64,000 bases of DNA from the human T2T-CHM13v2.0 reference genome, Homo sapiens. Of this stretch, positions 1 through 12,977 are shown in pieces. The stretch is from NCBI RefSeq assembly GCF_009914755.1, contig NC_060930.1, one strand, 5' to 3'. How positions within the stretch are numbered: the stretch's first letter is position 1; each line of letters opens with the position of its first letter. The translations under genes were made by a program, and so were the position numbers. The notes below the pieces were generated by a model. It saw only the letters and a list, made by a program, of their open reading frames with translations. It was not told the DNA's origin and ran no database searches.

Positions 1-97
1 TTACATCTCTCTGAGCCTCCATTTTCCTGATATGCAAAATACCATAAAAACTTTGCAAGGCTACTGAGGGATTAAATGGGATAATTTTATGTGCAAA
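1..97 (+). mobile_element. MIR SINE fragment (core/3' part)
   Basis: ctctctgagcctccattttcctgatatgcaaaat...gggattaaatgggataat resembles the MIR core. Confidence 0.65.
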
Positions 98-849
98 TAA
101 TATTTCCCAGGATATGAGTGAAATCACGTGGCTTGTGTGATTAAGACAACTGTTCCAAATTCTAGTGGCCTAAGTCCCCACTTGCTTGACTTACAAGAGA
201 TCCAGGTATTTACAGAAATAAATAACTCTCTCCAATAAGTTTCAGGTCCTCAAAGCTGCCAACCTGTGCCCCTGCTGCCCGTGTTCTCATCCCAGGGGTG
301 GGGTCCCAACCATCTGAGTCCTCAGGGCCAGACAGTATAGCAGTCCCTTTCACGGAGCTCTCATCCACCTTGAGTTCCAATTGCTGATCAAAGCAATGCC
401 CAGAGCAAAGCTGCACCCCCAGCAGGTGAAGGCTGGGCTACAAAGTGGGGTTCACTGCCCAGACCCTCCCCCTCTGGGCCAGCTAAGCATATCAGAACCC
501 CTCTTGCTCATAGTGATGACTCACCAGGACCTCCCCTCCCTGTTCCCCATCGCTACCCACCCATCCATCAGATCTGTCACTGTACCCAAAGCCTAATGGT
601 GAATGGGACTCGTGTGTTTCTCTCTCAGAGGGCTTCTCCAGCCCCCATGGAAATAAACATGTACAAAAGGACGTGAAGAAGAAAGAAGCTTCACCAGTAA
701 CATCTCTGTACAGATCCTACCAGGCTGAAAGAACAAAAAGCCTAGCTGTGGGGTGGTTGTTTTGCTTTTTGGTTTTGTTTTCACTGTGGTTTGTGTCACA
801 TGTTAAAGATGTCCCATGTGTCAGGAACAATCGCAAAGTACTTGACCTG

Positions 850-1035
850 CTTTATCTCATTCAGTCGTTCCAATGCCTCTGTTGTTGTGTCATTAGTGTT
901 TCCATTTTATGGATGAAGAAAGCTGAGGCTTAAAGAAGAGAAGTAACATTTCACTGCCTCACAAATAGTGACAGAGCCAACATACAAACCTAGGCTTGTC
1001 TGGCCCCAGAGCCCTCATCCTTAACCACCACACTG
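850..1035 (-). mobile_element. MIR SINE
   Basis: tccattttatggatgaagaaagctgaggctta...cctaggcttgtctggccccagagccc...cttaaccac is the antisense MIR pattern. Confidence 0.75.
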
Positions 1036-3557
1036 CACCTTTGTAAAGGGCACAACTATTTGTGTCTAACAAATATTAGTTATCTTTTCTAAGAGCCAAG
1101 AGACATTTGTTCTATCCCAACTCTGTCTCTCAGAAGTCAAATGGCTCAGCTTCCACATTTGTAAAAAAGAGAGAACTAAAGTAGAAAATTCTAATTGTTT
1201 CCTGAAGCTCTAAAAAGCTACAATCCTAAGAATTAGTGGCCAGAGACCCTAAGCTGCTTAATACATTTATACCACATCCTCCTCAGCTGGTACTCGGCAT
1301 TGAGGAAAATTCTTAGAAACAGAAATAAACAAAAATATTAAGCATAAGCCGTCATCAGATTTACATGTTATGCTGCAAAATTTATTGTTCTGTTCCTTTT
1401 CCTTTAAATGGGAACATTTAGGTCAAGGATATATCGTCATAATATCTCTGAGATGGGAGCTATGAGTGACTGGGCAAACAGATTTCCGATTCTAAGAATC
1501 TTCTCTGAAATCAGATGCTTGATAATGTGAATATTAAAATTCCCCCTTCACCCAATAACAATGTGGAAAAACATCTGTCCTTTTTGTTTTAAAATAAACA
1601 TTGAGAATCTCTCTTTTAAAAATGGTAGAAATAATCATGAAACTAAGTATAACCACAAGAAAAAGTATTTGAGAAGAACTGAAAGACTAAGGGAGAAACT
1701 TGATATAATGTCCATCTCCTTGTACTTATCCTCTTCCTTTTAGCTTAATGCCACCTCCTTCATGAACACAGAATTGGAACCCACAACGGATGAGGTCTTG
1801 GCCTCACGTATGGGTAAAGCCTCATGTAAAAATAAACAGAGAGGAAATGCTGACGATGCCTGTCACTCCACTCGGATCAATTCACTTCAACATGCTCATT
1901 GCTCCATTTCATTTCCTACACCTTGGCCTTGCACACTCTTGCCATGCAAGGGCCGACTCCCAATAGGGAGTTGATTGTTTTGTTTAGGAATTCCAGAGCA
2001 CCAATCAGATGGGGGGTCCTCATTCTACTCCAGCACACACACTCCACAAATATCTCTCTCCTCTCTCTTATTTTTCATTTTTAACCATTTAAATTCATGT
2101 TTATTTTTATGTATTGCTAATGTATGACATAGAGTTCCAGAGGGACTGTCAACTTCCTAAAAAGAATACACCTTCATTAACTCTCTCTACAAAGATGTAC
2201 CATGTGCCTACTATGCCAGCAGGTGTCTGTACAGAAACAAAAAGGCACAATTACCACCCTAAGGAACCTCCTGTAGGATTCAATGCGGAGGCCACCTCCT
2301 CCAGGATGCCCTCCCTAGTACCTGGGTCAGAGTCCTGTGGCATTGGGTATTGGAGTCCATGATTCACCTTCCCTGCAGTGTGATTGTTGGTTTACTTAGG
2401 AGGCCCTCATTGCTTCCTTCCCATCCAGTGGGAGACATTCAAATAGGATGCAACTCACAGCTCCCTTAGCCAGAATTGCAGTAATGATGATAATGGTAAT
2501 GATGTTAATAATCCTATCCATGAAAAACAGGTAACTCCTTTTTAAAGAAGGATTTCTTGCTTATCACCTTCGGTCCTGAATCCCTGGATATACCTGGGTG
2601 CAGGCTTCTTGGGGCTCAACACATGTCTGGGAGGATGCCAAGATGGCAGAATGATGTCAGTTTCTCACGGGGTGCTGCTCCCTTAGATCTGTACCATGCT
2701 GCCTAATATACGTCAGTTGCATTGAAATGAAAAATGAATAGGAAGTAGATCTTGCTGCTAAAACATATGCATCAGAAAATCATTATGAGTATTAAATTAC
2801 TGCAATAAAATGAACCAGAACTAATCTTGCAAATTAAGATCCAATAAATTTTTTTTCATGGCCACACCTTTTCTTAAAAAAAAAAAAAAAAGAAAGCAAA
2901 AGAAGATTTAGCTTAATAGTATTAAAATTGACTGTAAGGATTTTGAGCGTGACATGGAAAGAGTCGATCAAGAAATTTCCATATGACAAATAGATTTGCA
3001 TTTTTGGAGGGTGGGGTTGGAGGTTGTCAGGAAGATGTTGAGAATACTGCCCCTGTGCCAATTGGTAAAATGATCAGTTTTTAAGCTGACATACCTATGT
3101 ATTTTACATGTAAAATTTATGTATACATATTCCCCTTCCTCTTTTCTGCTCCCCACAAATCCCCCAACTTCCCACTCCTTAGATAAGGTTCTGCTGACAC
3201 AAGAAACTAGTAAATTTCTAAATTTCTGACAACCTCGTATTTTTAGAAGAGATGCTGCTGTCGTTCAAATTAAATCTGAAGCTGTAAATAAACCTTTAGA
3301 GCTTTGCCTGTTCACTGGAATAACAGGATATCTCCCTCCACCCTCCAGCAGGAGAGAGACTGTAATTAGCTCATTGTCCGTGAATAGGCACAAAAGAGGC
3401 GGTGCTCCCCATACTGGCTCCCTTTCAACAGCAGATCTTGGGGCAGATGTTAATTCATTAAGTGAGTAACTTCCACCATCTCCCAGGAACACCAGGGAGC
3501 CCGACTCCCCGTTCCAAAAGGGACACTGAGGAACAACATGAAATACTCTGGCCAAGG

Positions 3558-3880
3558 ACTCACAGAAAGGGTACTCGGAGAAGAAAAAAAACCACCACCA
3601 GGATTCACCTCCCTGCTGCAGCCTGCTTCCTGGCGCTGGTTTTGGCAGCCCATCCCGGGGCTGCTCTGTGACACCCGGGGAACCAAACTATTTATAGCCA
3701 CGCAGTCATTATAAACAAAGCTGTTTATAACATCGAACCTTGGCCCTGCATGAGTTAAAACTCTAGACTGGCAGCTATAAATAACTCTGTTATGCGCTCG
3801 AGTGTGACTATTGACTGATACTTCCTCAAATTGTGACAAATAATGACAAGTTTGTTTGACAAACATCCCACTGACATTCA
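3558..3880 (-). promoter_or_regulatory. Candidate TATA/MEF2-containing promoter with putative first exon (~3667-3564)
   Basis: CTATTTATAG at 3688-3697 is a perfect MEF2 site and reads TATAAATA on the minus strand. Second MEF2 site CTATAAATAA at 3775-3784. Inverted forkhead pair TTATAAACA-aagc-TGTTTATAA at 3709-3730. Four TGACA motifs at ~3834-3876. Minus-strand GTGAGT donor at 3563-3558. No repeat recognised here. Confidence 0.55.
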
Positions 3881-4864
3881 TCTGATTTTGAATAAGTGGT
3901 GCTGCTTTCTTAATTTGGTCCCTGAGGCCCAGGACTTCAGGAACTTTCTTTATTCTTTCTCTCTCTCACCTCCCGCATCAGGAAACTGTCCTGTGTGTAG
4001 TTGTTTTTTCCCCTAATCAACTGGAAGGGATTTGGGGCCATCTAAGGGGAAGCTTATTAAATCCACTGTTTCTCTCTTGGGATAATTCTGCTGTAGGGGC
4101 TTTGCAAGGGTCTGGGGAGTTTTGTTAATGACAGAAGGAGGGAGGGGTAGAAAAATGTGGGCCAGGCTGTGGTGGTAGGTAACACAAGGTGGAAAGGGGA
4201 AAGCAGAATTTAACATCAGACTGACTGGAATGTCAGTGTTTAAGGGGGACCAGAAATGTAGAAATTTGAGAAGTAGTTCACACTGAATCGATGAAAGACA
4301 AGATTCTGGATGGAGGGATTTACCCCCCAGGGCTTCTGGTCTGAGAGATCTTGTAGATCCAAGATTGGGGTCCCCAAGGCTCGGGTTCTCTTTCGAGGCC
4401 AGCTGATATTAACATACGTCATGAGTGACGTGAGATTCTAGAGCTCTCAGGGACCTATGAAATGGTCTGTTACTCGGTCATTTCACAGGTCAAAAAGCTG
4501 AGGCCACAGGGGCTCCCAGGACTCTTTAGAGCAGAGCTAGACTAGAACTCAGCTGTCTGGACTCCTGGCTAGAAGCTTTATCTTTCATCAGGAAATTAAT
4601 TAACATGTGAAAAGCATGTGGAATTGTCCCTGGCCTGTGTTGACTGTTTTACAGGAGCACACCATTCACACCATCCAGGTTGCACATCTTTTCTGTCTCT
4701 ATTAACTCTATTTGCACGGTCTCACACAGCGCCCACCGTCTCCAATCCCTCCTATGCAGAGCTTTCGCAGCAATCTTGCGAATATGCAAAACTGCTGCTC
4801 ACTGGTCAGCCCACTCCCAGACCAAGCTGGGAGCGCAGTAAGAAGACCTGACTCAGGATCCTGC

Positions 4865-4950
4865 AAAGGCAGAGGTGGCACCTGAGAGCAAGTCTCCTTA
4901 AGTTTTGTGCCCTAGGCCCCTCACGTGACTCACCCTAGTCCCACCCACAC
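4865..4950. mobile_element. Probable MER91-type hAT MITE fragment
   Basis: ttttgtgccctaggcccctcacgtgactcaccctagtccc resembles the MER91 end. Confidence 0.4.
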
Positions 4951-5039
4951 TTACCCAAATAAACATCTCCCAACTGGTTTGCATGTCTGCAAAAATTACT
5001 GCAGACATCTCACCCTTGCTGACAAAGTCCTCAATCCCT

Positions 5040-5430
5040 GGTCCCTCCCACTTCTCCTGCCCAAATCTATGCTTTACCCCAAAGTGTACTCTTCACTCCT
5101 TCCCAGAACACACAGCCTCGGATGTTTCCCATTCCCTTTGATAAGAATGCCCCCTTTACATGACAAAACCCTGACCATCTTTCCTGACCCATTGCAGATG
5201 CCCAAGGAAGCCCTTGTTGACTGATCTGGCAGCTGTGATGTGCTTTCCTTGGAAGCCCCATCACCCTTATTTATATGTCTCTTTCAGCGCTGGCCTGTCT
5301 TAATCCTGCCTTACAGTTATTTGTGAATGTGCTTATGTTTAATCCTCTTTTCTAGTGGTAAGAGGGAGATCTTTCTTAATCATTTTGGTATCTTCTAGCA
5401 CAGTGTATACCTAGAAAAGGGTGAATGAAG
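5040..5430 (+). mobile_element. L2 LINE 3' region
   Basis: Pyrimidine-rich L2-like sequence ending tctagcacagtg...gaatgaa. Confidence 0.5.
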
Positions 5431-5958
5431 TCTTTTAAATCTACTTCCTAAAAGTGCAAGCAAAAACACAGAATGAAACAAACCGGAAAATCTTCAAAAG
5501 TAATAAAGGACCGTATCAACTAAGAAAGATTTGGCCAATGTGTAAATAGGTAGCAAAACCTAAAATGGCCCAGCCAGATAAGTGCATGCGTCCTTAGAAC
5601 CAGCAACTGACACAGAAACTGGCAAACTAGTAAGACAACTGGAAAGAAAGAAGCCAAATAACTGGCAATTAAACAAGCTGGAGGATCACAGGGGCAAGTG
5701 TCTAACCCACTGCCAGTCAGCCAGCCAACAAACGTTTATTTAGAGCCTGCAAGCACATGGCACAGAGCTGCCTGTTAAAGAAGAGATGTTTTCCTGGCCT
5801 TCGGGAATTGACAATCAGCTCCACTTTCTACAATTTCCCTGCCATTTCAGCTTTTACTAAGACCTGTGGAACTCCAAGTCTCTTGTTGGTTCCCAAATTC
5901 TTAACAATGAGCGAATTTGCCAGGCTTTGCCCAGCCTCCCCAGAGAGTCCATATCCGT

Positions 5959-5993
5959 TTGTGTGTGTGTGTGTGTGCGTATGTGTGTGTGTG
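5959..5993. repeat. (TG)n microsatellite
   Basis: Interrupted tgtgtg run. Confidence 0.95.
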
Positions 5994-6807
5994 TATATCA
6001 GCCCTGGCTTATCAGCCCCCTGTGACCTGTCAGGGCTCTTGGCCCTTCGATGGCCTTGCGACACTCCATGGACTCATGACAGAACTCACTACATCAGAAC
6101 TAACCCATCCCGGAGAAGAAGCAGATGAGAAAACAGCAGCTGACAAGCGAACCACCAAAGAGGAAAAACCAAATTAAACACTCCTTAAGAAGCCAAGTCC
6201 TCTTTCTTCCTCAAAAATGACACGGGAAGGAAGGCGCGGGACAGGAGAGGGGCTCCAGGTCCCTTTGCGCTGTTCCATATTAACACAGTCACACTTTGCG
6301 ATGCACTTGTCACTTCCAATCAACACCAGGGCTTTCCAGGGCCTGGACACTCATTGAAGGGATTGTTACTGTTGGTGAATGGGGAATTAATTAATGCAAA
6401 GCCAACCAGTTCATAAATGCCTGCTTTGTGAGCAGTTCCTGCATCCTGGGGACCGCGACTCCTGTGGTCAGCGCAGCCCCAGGACTCCGTGTCAGCAAAT
6501 GATATTTATGATCGCCATCGGCCCCTTCTTCAAACCACCCAGGGGGAAGCGAGGCCTCACCTGGAGCCTGGGCTTTTCCCGCTGTGGGCACAGCCAAGGG
6601 TCCTCCGGTTTCTCTGGTGCTGAGCAGGCAGTGCAGAAAAACTCTCTCCAGTCTTCTGAATCTCTCGCCCACAACCTGACTTACTTCGTGAAGAAAGGCT
6701 TCATTTGCAAGTCATAGTGATGGGAACAGGCAGGAAAACAGAGAAGTTTTTCTCAACCCACTCCATTCCAAATTTGGTTACTTGACCTCTAGGCAGGTAC
6801 AAGAATG

Positions 6808-6846
6808 TGCACACACACACACACGCACACAATCACACACACACAC
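6808..6846. repeat. (CA)n microsatellite
   Basis: Interrupted cacaca run. Confidence 0.9.
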
Positions 6847-9396
6847 TCAAACAGTGCCACGTATATGCACAGAATTTCTCTGATCTGTGTTACCTACACA
6901 GTCGTCAACTAATTTAAAAATCAGTTCTGATTTGAATGTGGCAAATGGACTCTTCAGGTAACCTAGTTACTAAGAATATAAGATGGAAAAAGTGGTAACC
7001 GAACATGCCAAGCCCCCTCCATCATATAGACACACACATCTCATTGAGAGTATACAATGTAGTTTTACTCCCCCTCCAAAAAAAAAACTGGTCCCAAGTT
7101 CTGCTGACATAACATGCCCAGGCCCTGCCTCTGTTTTTGCTGTGGTGGCTTTGCTACCTCCTCGCTTTAAACTGCCATGATGCAGGCCTGAAAACTCCCT
7201 TTTGCCTTTAAAACATAATGCACTATGATATTAAAGATGGTGGAATTGAGGATGGCTTTTTCTCCTTTATGCTTTGCTGTGGTATCTAAATGTTCTACGA
7301 TTAAGGTGTGTTTTATAGTCACCAAAAAAATGCATGATGTGAAAGGAGAAAAGAATGTTAGTTTCATAAAATCCCTCAAGAGCGACTTTGGCAGCTTTAT
7401 CTGATTTTTGAGGTCTTGAAAATTAGCCTGGGTCATAAAGCAAGGAGACTGTGACATTTTCTGAAATTGGATCCCATACTGCTGGTTTCTGTCTGACCTT
7501 AGGAAAAAAGCAGGAAGTAAAAAAGAAGTTTATCCTTGGAAAATTCATTCTCTCCTTGCCATGTCCTTAACCCTCTTCCTATAACCTTGCCACCACCCTT
7601 GGAGTTCCCATCACTTTTCCTGTTTTGCTTTTTTTCCTTATCATTACTTAAAATATACCCTGAGGATAGGCTGTAGTATCAGTCATCTACACCTTAGTAT
7701 AAATTAAATTAATCAACATTACTTTAATCCCAATGTTATAAGTTCCTATTTGTAATTTAATTCAAAATCCGATTGTATGATAAAATGTACCAGCTAATGA
7801 ATAAAGGAGCTGATGTCTGTCATCTCTAGATCAGACATCTAGGCTACTGGCTTCTCTGTTTTGGGAAAGGTAGTCCCTGGAACAAATCACACAGTGCTGT
7901 GATAAATTTTTCCACATTAGCTATAGAATATCACCATTTAGTACCTCTATCCCTTTAGAAAGAACTCACTTTCCAGAGACACAGTTAAATGTAAGAATGG
8001 TTGCAGATAACGTGCAGTCTACAAAAATATTCATAAGCCCCACGGCTTTTGAAAAACAGTATTCTTTATTTCTACTTGGGAAACTGTATTTGCTACACAT
8101 AGACATTGAGTATATATGTTGAGTGCCTGATAAATCAAAATGTATAAATGATTTTGAGTGCTAGATTTTGGAAACAGGAGAAAACTATATTCCAGAGAAG
8201 TTAAATAACTTGCTGCAGGTCATTCACCAGTCAATAAACTAGGGCTCGAACCAGAAAGAATGGTTTCTGATTCCTAGACTGGGCTCTTTTTGTTTCAATG
8301 TCTTAATCTCCCAAGCCACCTAATTCAAGTTCTGGAAAGATCTGATTACCTCAAGCCTTGGAATGATCCTCCAGTGCTTCCTTTTTGGGAATTCTTGGCA
8401 AGTAGGCTGAGAAATGAGGCACCGTGTTTCTGACCCTCCTGAGCCTTCTCTGTTTATTAGACCATGCTCTGCAGATAAAAGGGCAACAAAAGACAGGAAA
8501 ACTTAGGAAGAGACAATCACTTGTTGTTGCTGCCTTTTCTATCCTTCTGATCCATATCACACTCAGTGTGGTCAATCCCTGGTCACCCACATGCCGTCCA
8601 GGACCTAGAGAGAGGCAGGACTTCCAAGGAGCTTCCTCACGAAGCACCCCTTAGGCAGAGTCTTGCAGCTGGGAGTCCACCACCCCAACCAGAGGAGTGA
8701 AGCAGTGGTGATCTTCTCTTATCCAGAGGTAGAGTGCAACAGTTAGTTGACTCTGTACCCATGGTCAGTCCTGGGGTCACCTTCTAGGTGTCCAGGCCCA
8801 CCTAGACAGCATCTAGGCCTCCCAGTCCTTGTGTACCCTGTAAATTTTCCAGCACAAACCTTCCTGCTGTCACCTGAATCCAAAAGGAGATCTTGACCAT
8901 GACTAGTCAATGTGCACTCCATAAAGAATCTCAGTACTTGTCATTTATAGATTTGTTCACTCAGCTAAAATATGGCAAGTGGTTCCCATACACAAGGCAC
9001 TGGGCCAGGTTCCCACTGCATAAAGAAGCCAATCACACAGCTTCTGCCCTCAACAAGCTGATGGGAAATCAGAAAGACAGACAAATGACAGAAAGCCAGG
9101 TTAATTTATACCCAGATAGACAAACTCCTCTTTATTCTTTATGACTCAGATCAATTATCATCTCCTTCAAAAGGTTTCCTGGCCATCTACAGGCAGTTAC
9201 ATGGTGATCCTTCTGTGCCCTGATGATATTTGGTTTGCTCCTCAACAATAGTCATTTCTCGTGTTGTTAAAATTACTTCTGTGCTCATGTGTGTCATTCT
9301 TTAAATTGTATGAAAAAGGGAGAGGGTGGAGGGAGGAAAGGCAGAAGCTATTATTCAACATCTCCAGACACCCAGAGTATCTGGGACTTTTAAGAC

Positions 9397-9442
9397 AAGT
9401 GAATGAATGGATGAATGGGTGAATGGGTAAATGAATGAATGA
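9397..9442. repeat. (TGAA/TGGA)n tetranucleotide repeat (L2 tail-like)
   Basis: gtgaatgaatggatgaatgggtgaatgggtaaatgaatgaatgaat. Confidence 0.85.
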
Positions 9443-10557
9443 ATTTTCAAGCTCTTTTGTCCTCTACATAGATTTCCTTGACCCAAATATGTATCCACCC
9501 GTCCAAACAGGAGGTAAATATCCTCATGGCTTCGGAATATGTGAACTGTGGTTGTTTCCTGCTCATTATCCAAACTCACAGAATTTGGAGCAATGAAAGC
9601 CTCATCTCACTTAGCCAAAAGCAATATTTTCTTGTCTTTGCTTTTGTTTTTCCAGGAGTGTAATGAAAGTGCATGTGCATGTGGGTGTGTATTTGTCCTG
9701 CACATAATTAGGCAGTGTCTTCAATAACAGGTGTCCCTCCAGTAGGGCTCAGTGGTGACGGAGGGCATGGAGGGCATGGAGGGGGAAACCAAGGAGATAG
9801 GGAGAAGAAGCCTGCCAAAACCGATCACCAAATGAATTCAACCAATTCATTAAATCTGAACGCACACTCAGCCACAGGAGGATAAATTGGACCAACACCC
9901 CAGCGTCAGGGTGGTTACAGCGTCTGTTAAATGGCCTGTTAATGTGATAGTTGAGACTTTTCCACAGAAATTACACTGGCTACAGTCACAGCATGGCACA
10001 CCTGGCTCCAGATCACCTCTTACCAGGCAGTGTCACACTGCAGGCCAGGGAGATAGGGATTTTCAGTGCTACCTGGCCTGGCCTCCTGCCATCATTTTGA
10101 GCTTTCTCTGTTTTGTAGCCTATTTCTTTTAAGAGAATGCCAGTCATCTCCATTATAACGTGCATAGTGCCATAATTTTTGTTTGTTCTTACAAGTGGAA
10201 TAAAGATGTTTTACCCCACAAATAAGAACAGTTTAAAAACAGTTTGTTACAACTCTTTTGATGAAGTCAGTCAACAAGGCATGAATAATAAGGTCAGGTG
10301 GCACCCTTGTCCAAGAAAAGAAGGTGGTAAGCATTGAAGAGCAAAACACAAGGACCCTGAATAGATTCAAGACAGCCCTTTATCTTTGGTTTTCTGTATA
10401 GTCCAAAGTACAGGTGAGAGAAATCCATGCTCAATGAGTCATCAACACTTACTGACCACCAATGTAGCCAAAGACTGTCTAGCTGATTCAGGGCACCAAG
10501 AGGGAAGAGTTGATATGGGTGTCACGTACAAGTCACTTCTCACTTAAAGAGTAAGAT

Positions 10558-10842
10558 CACACCTGTAATCCCAGCACTTTGGGAGGCTGAGGCGAGCAGA
10601 TCACCTGAGGTCAGGAGTTTGAGACTAGCCTGGCCAACATGGCGAAACCCTGTCTCTACTAAAAATACAAAACTTTGCGCCCGGTGTGGTGGCAGGTGCC
10701 TGTAGTCCCAGCTACTCGGGAGGCCGAGGCAGAGGAATCACTTTAACCCGGGAGGTGGAGGCTGCAGTGAGTCAAGATTGCGCCACTGCACTCCAGTCTG
10801 GGTGACAGAGCAAGACTCTGTCTCAAAAAATTAAAAATAAAA
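10558..10842 (+). mobile_element. AluS (slightly 5'-truncated)
   Basis: tcacacctgtaatcccagcactttgggagg... dimeric Alu with linker and A tail. Confidence 0.97.
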
Positions 10843-10942
10843 GGATAGGTAGAGCTAAACAAATTAAATGTCATGATACAGATAACTGGCAGAAATAAGA
10901 CTTGGTGTATTACTTAGCAAAAATCCTTAAGATCCTTTTACA

Positions 10943-11047
10943 GTGCTCGCTTTGGCAGCATATGTACTAAAATTGGAATGAAACAGAGATTAGCATAGGG
11001 CCTGCACATGGATGACATGCAAATTCATGAAGCATTCTATGTTTTTT
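10943..11047 (+). pseudogene. RNU6: U6 snRNA retro-pseudogene (near full length)
   Basis: gtgctcgctttggcagcatatgtactaaaattggaatgaaacagagattagcata...ggatgacatgcaaattcatgaagcattctatgttttttt aligns to U6 end to end, with CpG decay and a 3-nt deletion after ACAGAGA. Flanked by a TSD-like pair aagatcctttta / aaaatcctttta. Confidence 0.95.
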
Positions 11048-11065
11048 TAAAAAATCCTTTTAAAT

Positions 11066-11307
11066 CCCTCACCCATTTATTTAACATTCATCCATTGAAT
11101 GTTCTCATTGTGTCATGTTATGATCATGTAGTCCTTTTCCTAAGAACATACTCTGTATGACTATATTATATTTTTGGCAAAAAGATGAATCAACCCTTAT
11201 CCATTTATCATTCAACATTCATTCATTGACTTCCCACCTCAAGCCATGCTATAATCATGTAGTCCTTTCTTAGGAATATACTTTTCCTATATATCATATG
11301 ATATTTT
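11066..11307. repeat. Degenerate ~128-bp tandem duplication (2 copies)
   Basis: ccatttat..aacattcat.cattga...atcatgtagtccttt.c.ta.gaa.atact occurs at ~11066-11175 and ~11194-11307. Confidence 0.8.
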
Positions 11308-11508
11308 ATTTTGTTTTGCTTTTGGTGGTGGGGAGGATGGTGTATATCAGAAAACTTTCCATATTGGTTTGAGTGACTTAGCAAGAAGACACTTCCACGG
11401 CTGAATCCATTTCATTCAATAGCCAGGCAGCGAATGTAGACTCTTAGGGTTATAGAGACCTTGGAAGTGATCTCCCCAAGCTCCTTGCAGGAAAGACAAA
11501 GAAGTTAT

Positions 11509-11843
<335 letters not shown>

Positions 11844-12091
11844 CTACATCATGGAGCTGGAGCAATAGCCCAGGTCTCCTGGCAGTGGATTCAGCGTACG
11901 TTCCGCTCCTTCACACTGCTGGGAATTCCAGTGTCTTGCATTTATCTTCTCATAACAAAACACAGTCTGCTCTCTCCAACTTGGCCCTGGTGCTGAGGAC
12001 GTCTCTGACATCCCTGCCACTCTCATCTCTGAAGGAGGATGCTTGGCTCCTCACAGTGCTATCAGCTCCCCCACCCCATCTGTGTGCATGA

Positions 12092-12475
<384 letters not shown>

Positions 12476-12977
12476 CCCAAACTGGCTTATTTTCATTGCT
12501 TACTTGGGAGTAAAATCCTTCCATGCCTGGATCCTTTTCTTTTAGCCCCTGATACTGGCAAAATAGTTTCTCAAAGGCCTGGCTTGAGAAATGGCCATCC
12601 TCCCGCTACCCAAACCCCATTTTTCTCCAAGGTGCTTCTCTCTCCCCATTGGCAAAGCCTTCAAGTATTTTTCTGGTCAACTCAACTGCATACTGCAGTG
12701 CGTGCTCCAGATCTAAATCATGCATGCAGTCTGGTGAATTATAAGCTCCTGTTACTCCATTTCTTCAGCCTAGGTTGAAACTTCTTTCAGCTCTTCAAGG
12801 CTCCTGGAACTCAAGATCCACCCCTTCTGGCCTCTTTTAACAATTCAGTCCACGTTACCTGTGCTCTGCCAACCAGAGTCCTTCAACTAGCCTTTTTCTT
12901 GGTCTCTTCTTTTCAATGCCATGAGCCAAGCTCTGTGTGTTAGTTTTAATGGCTGTTCTCAAGGGCAAGTCACCCCC

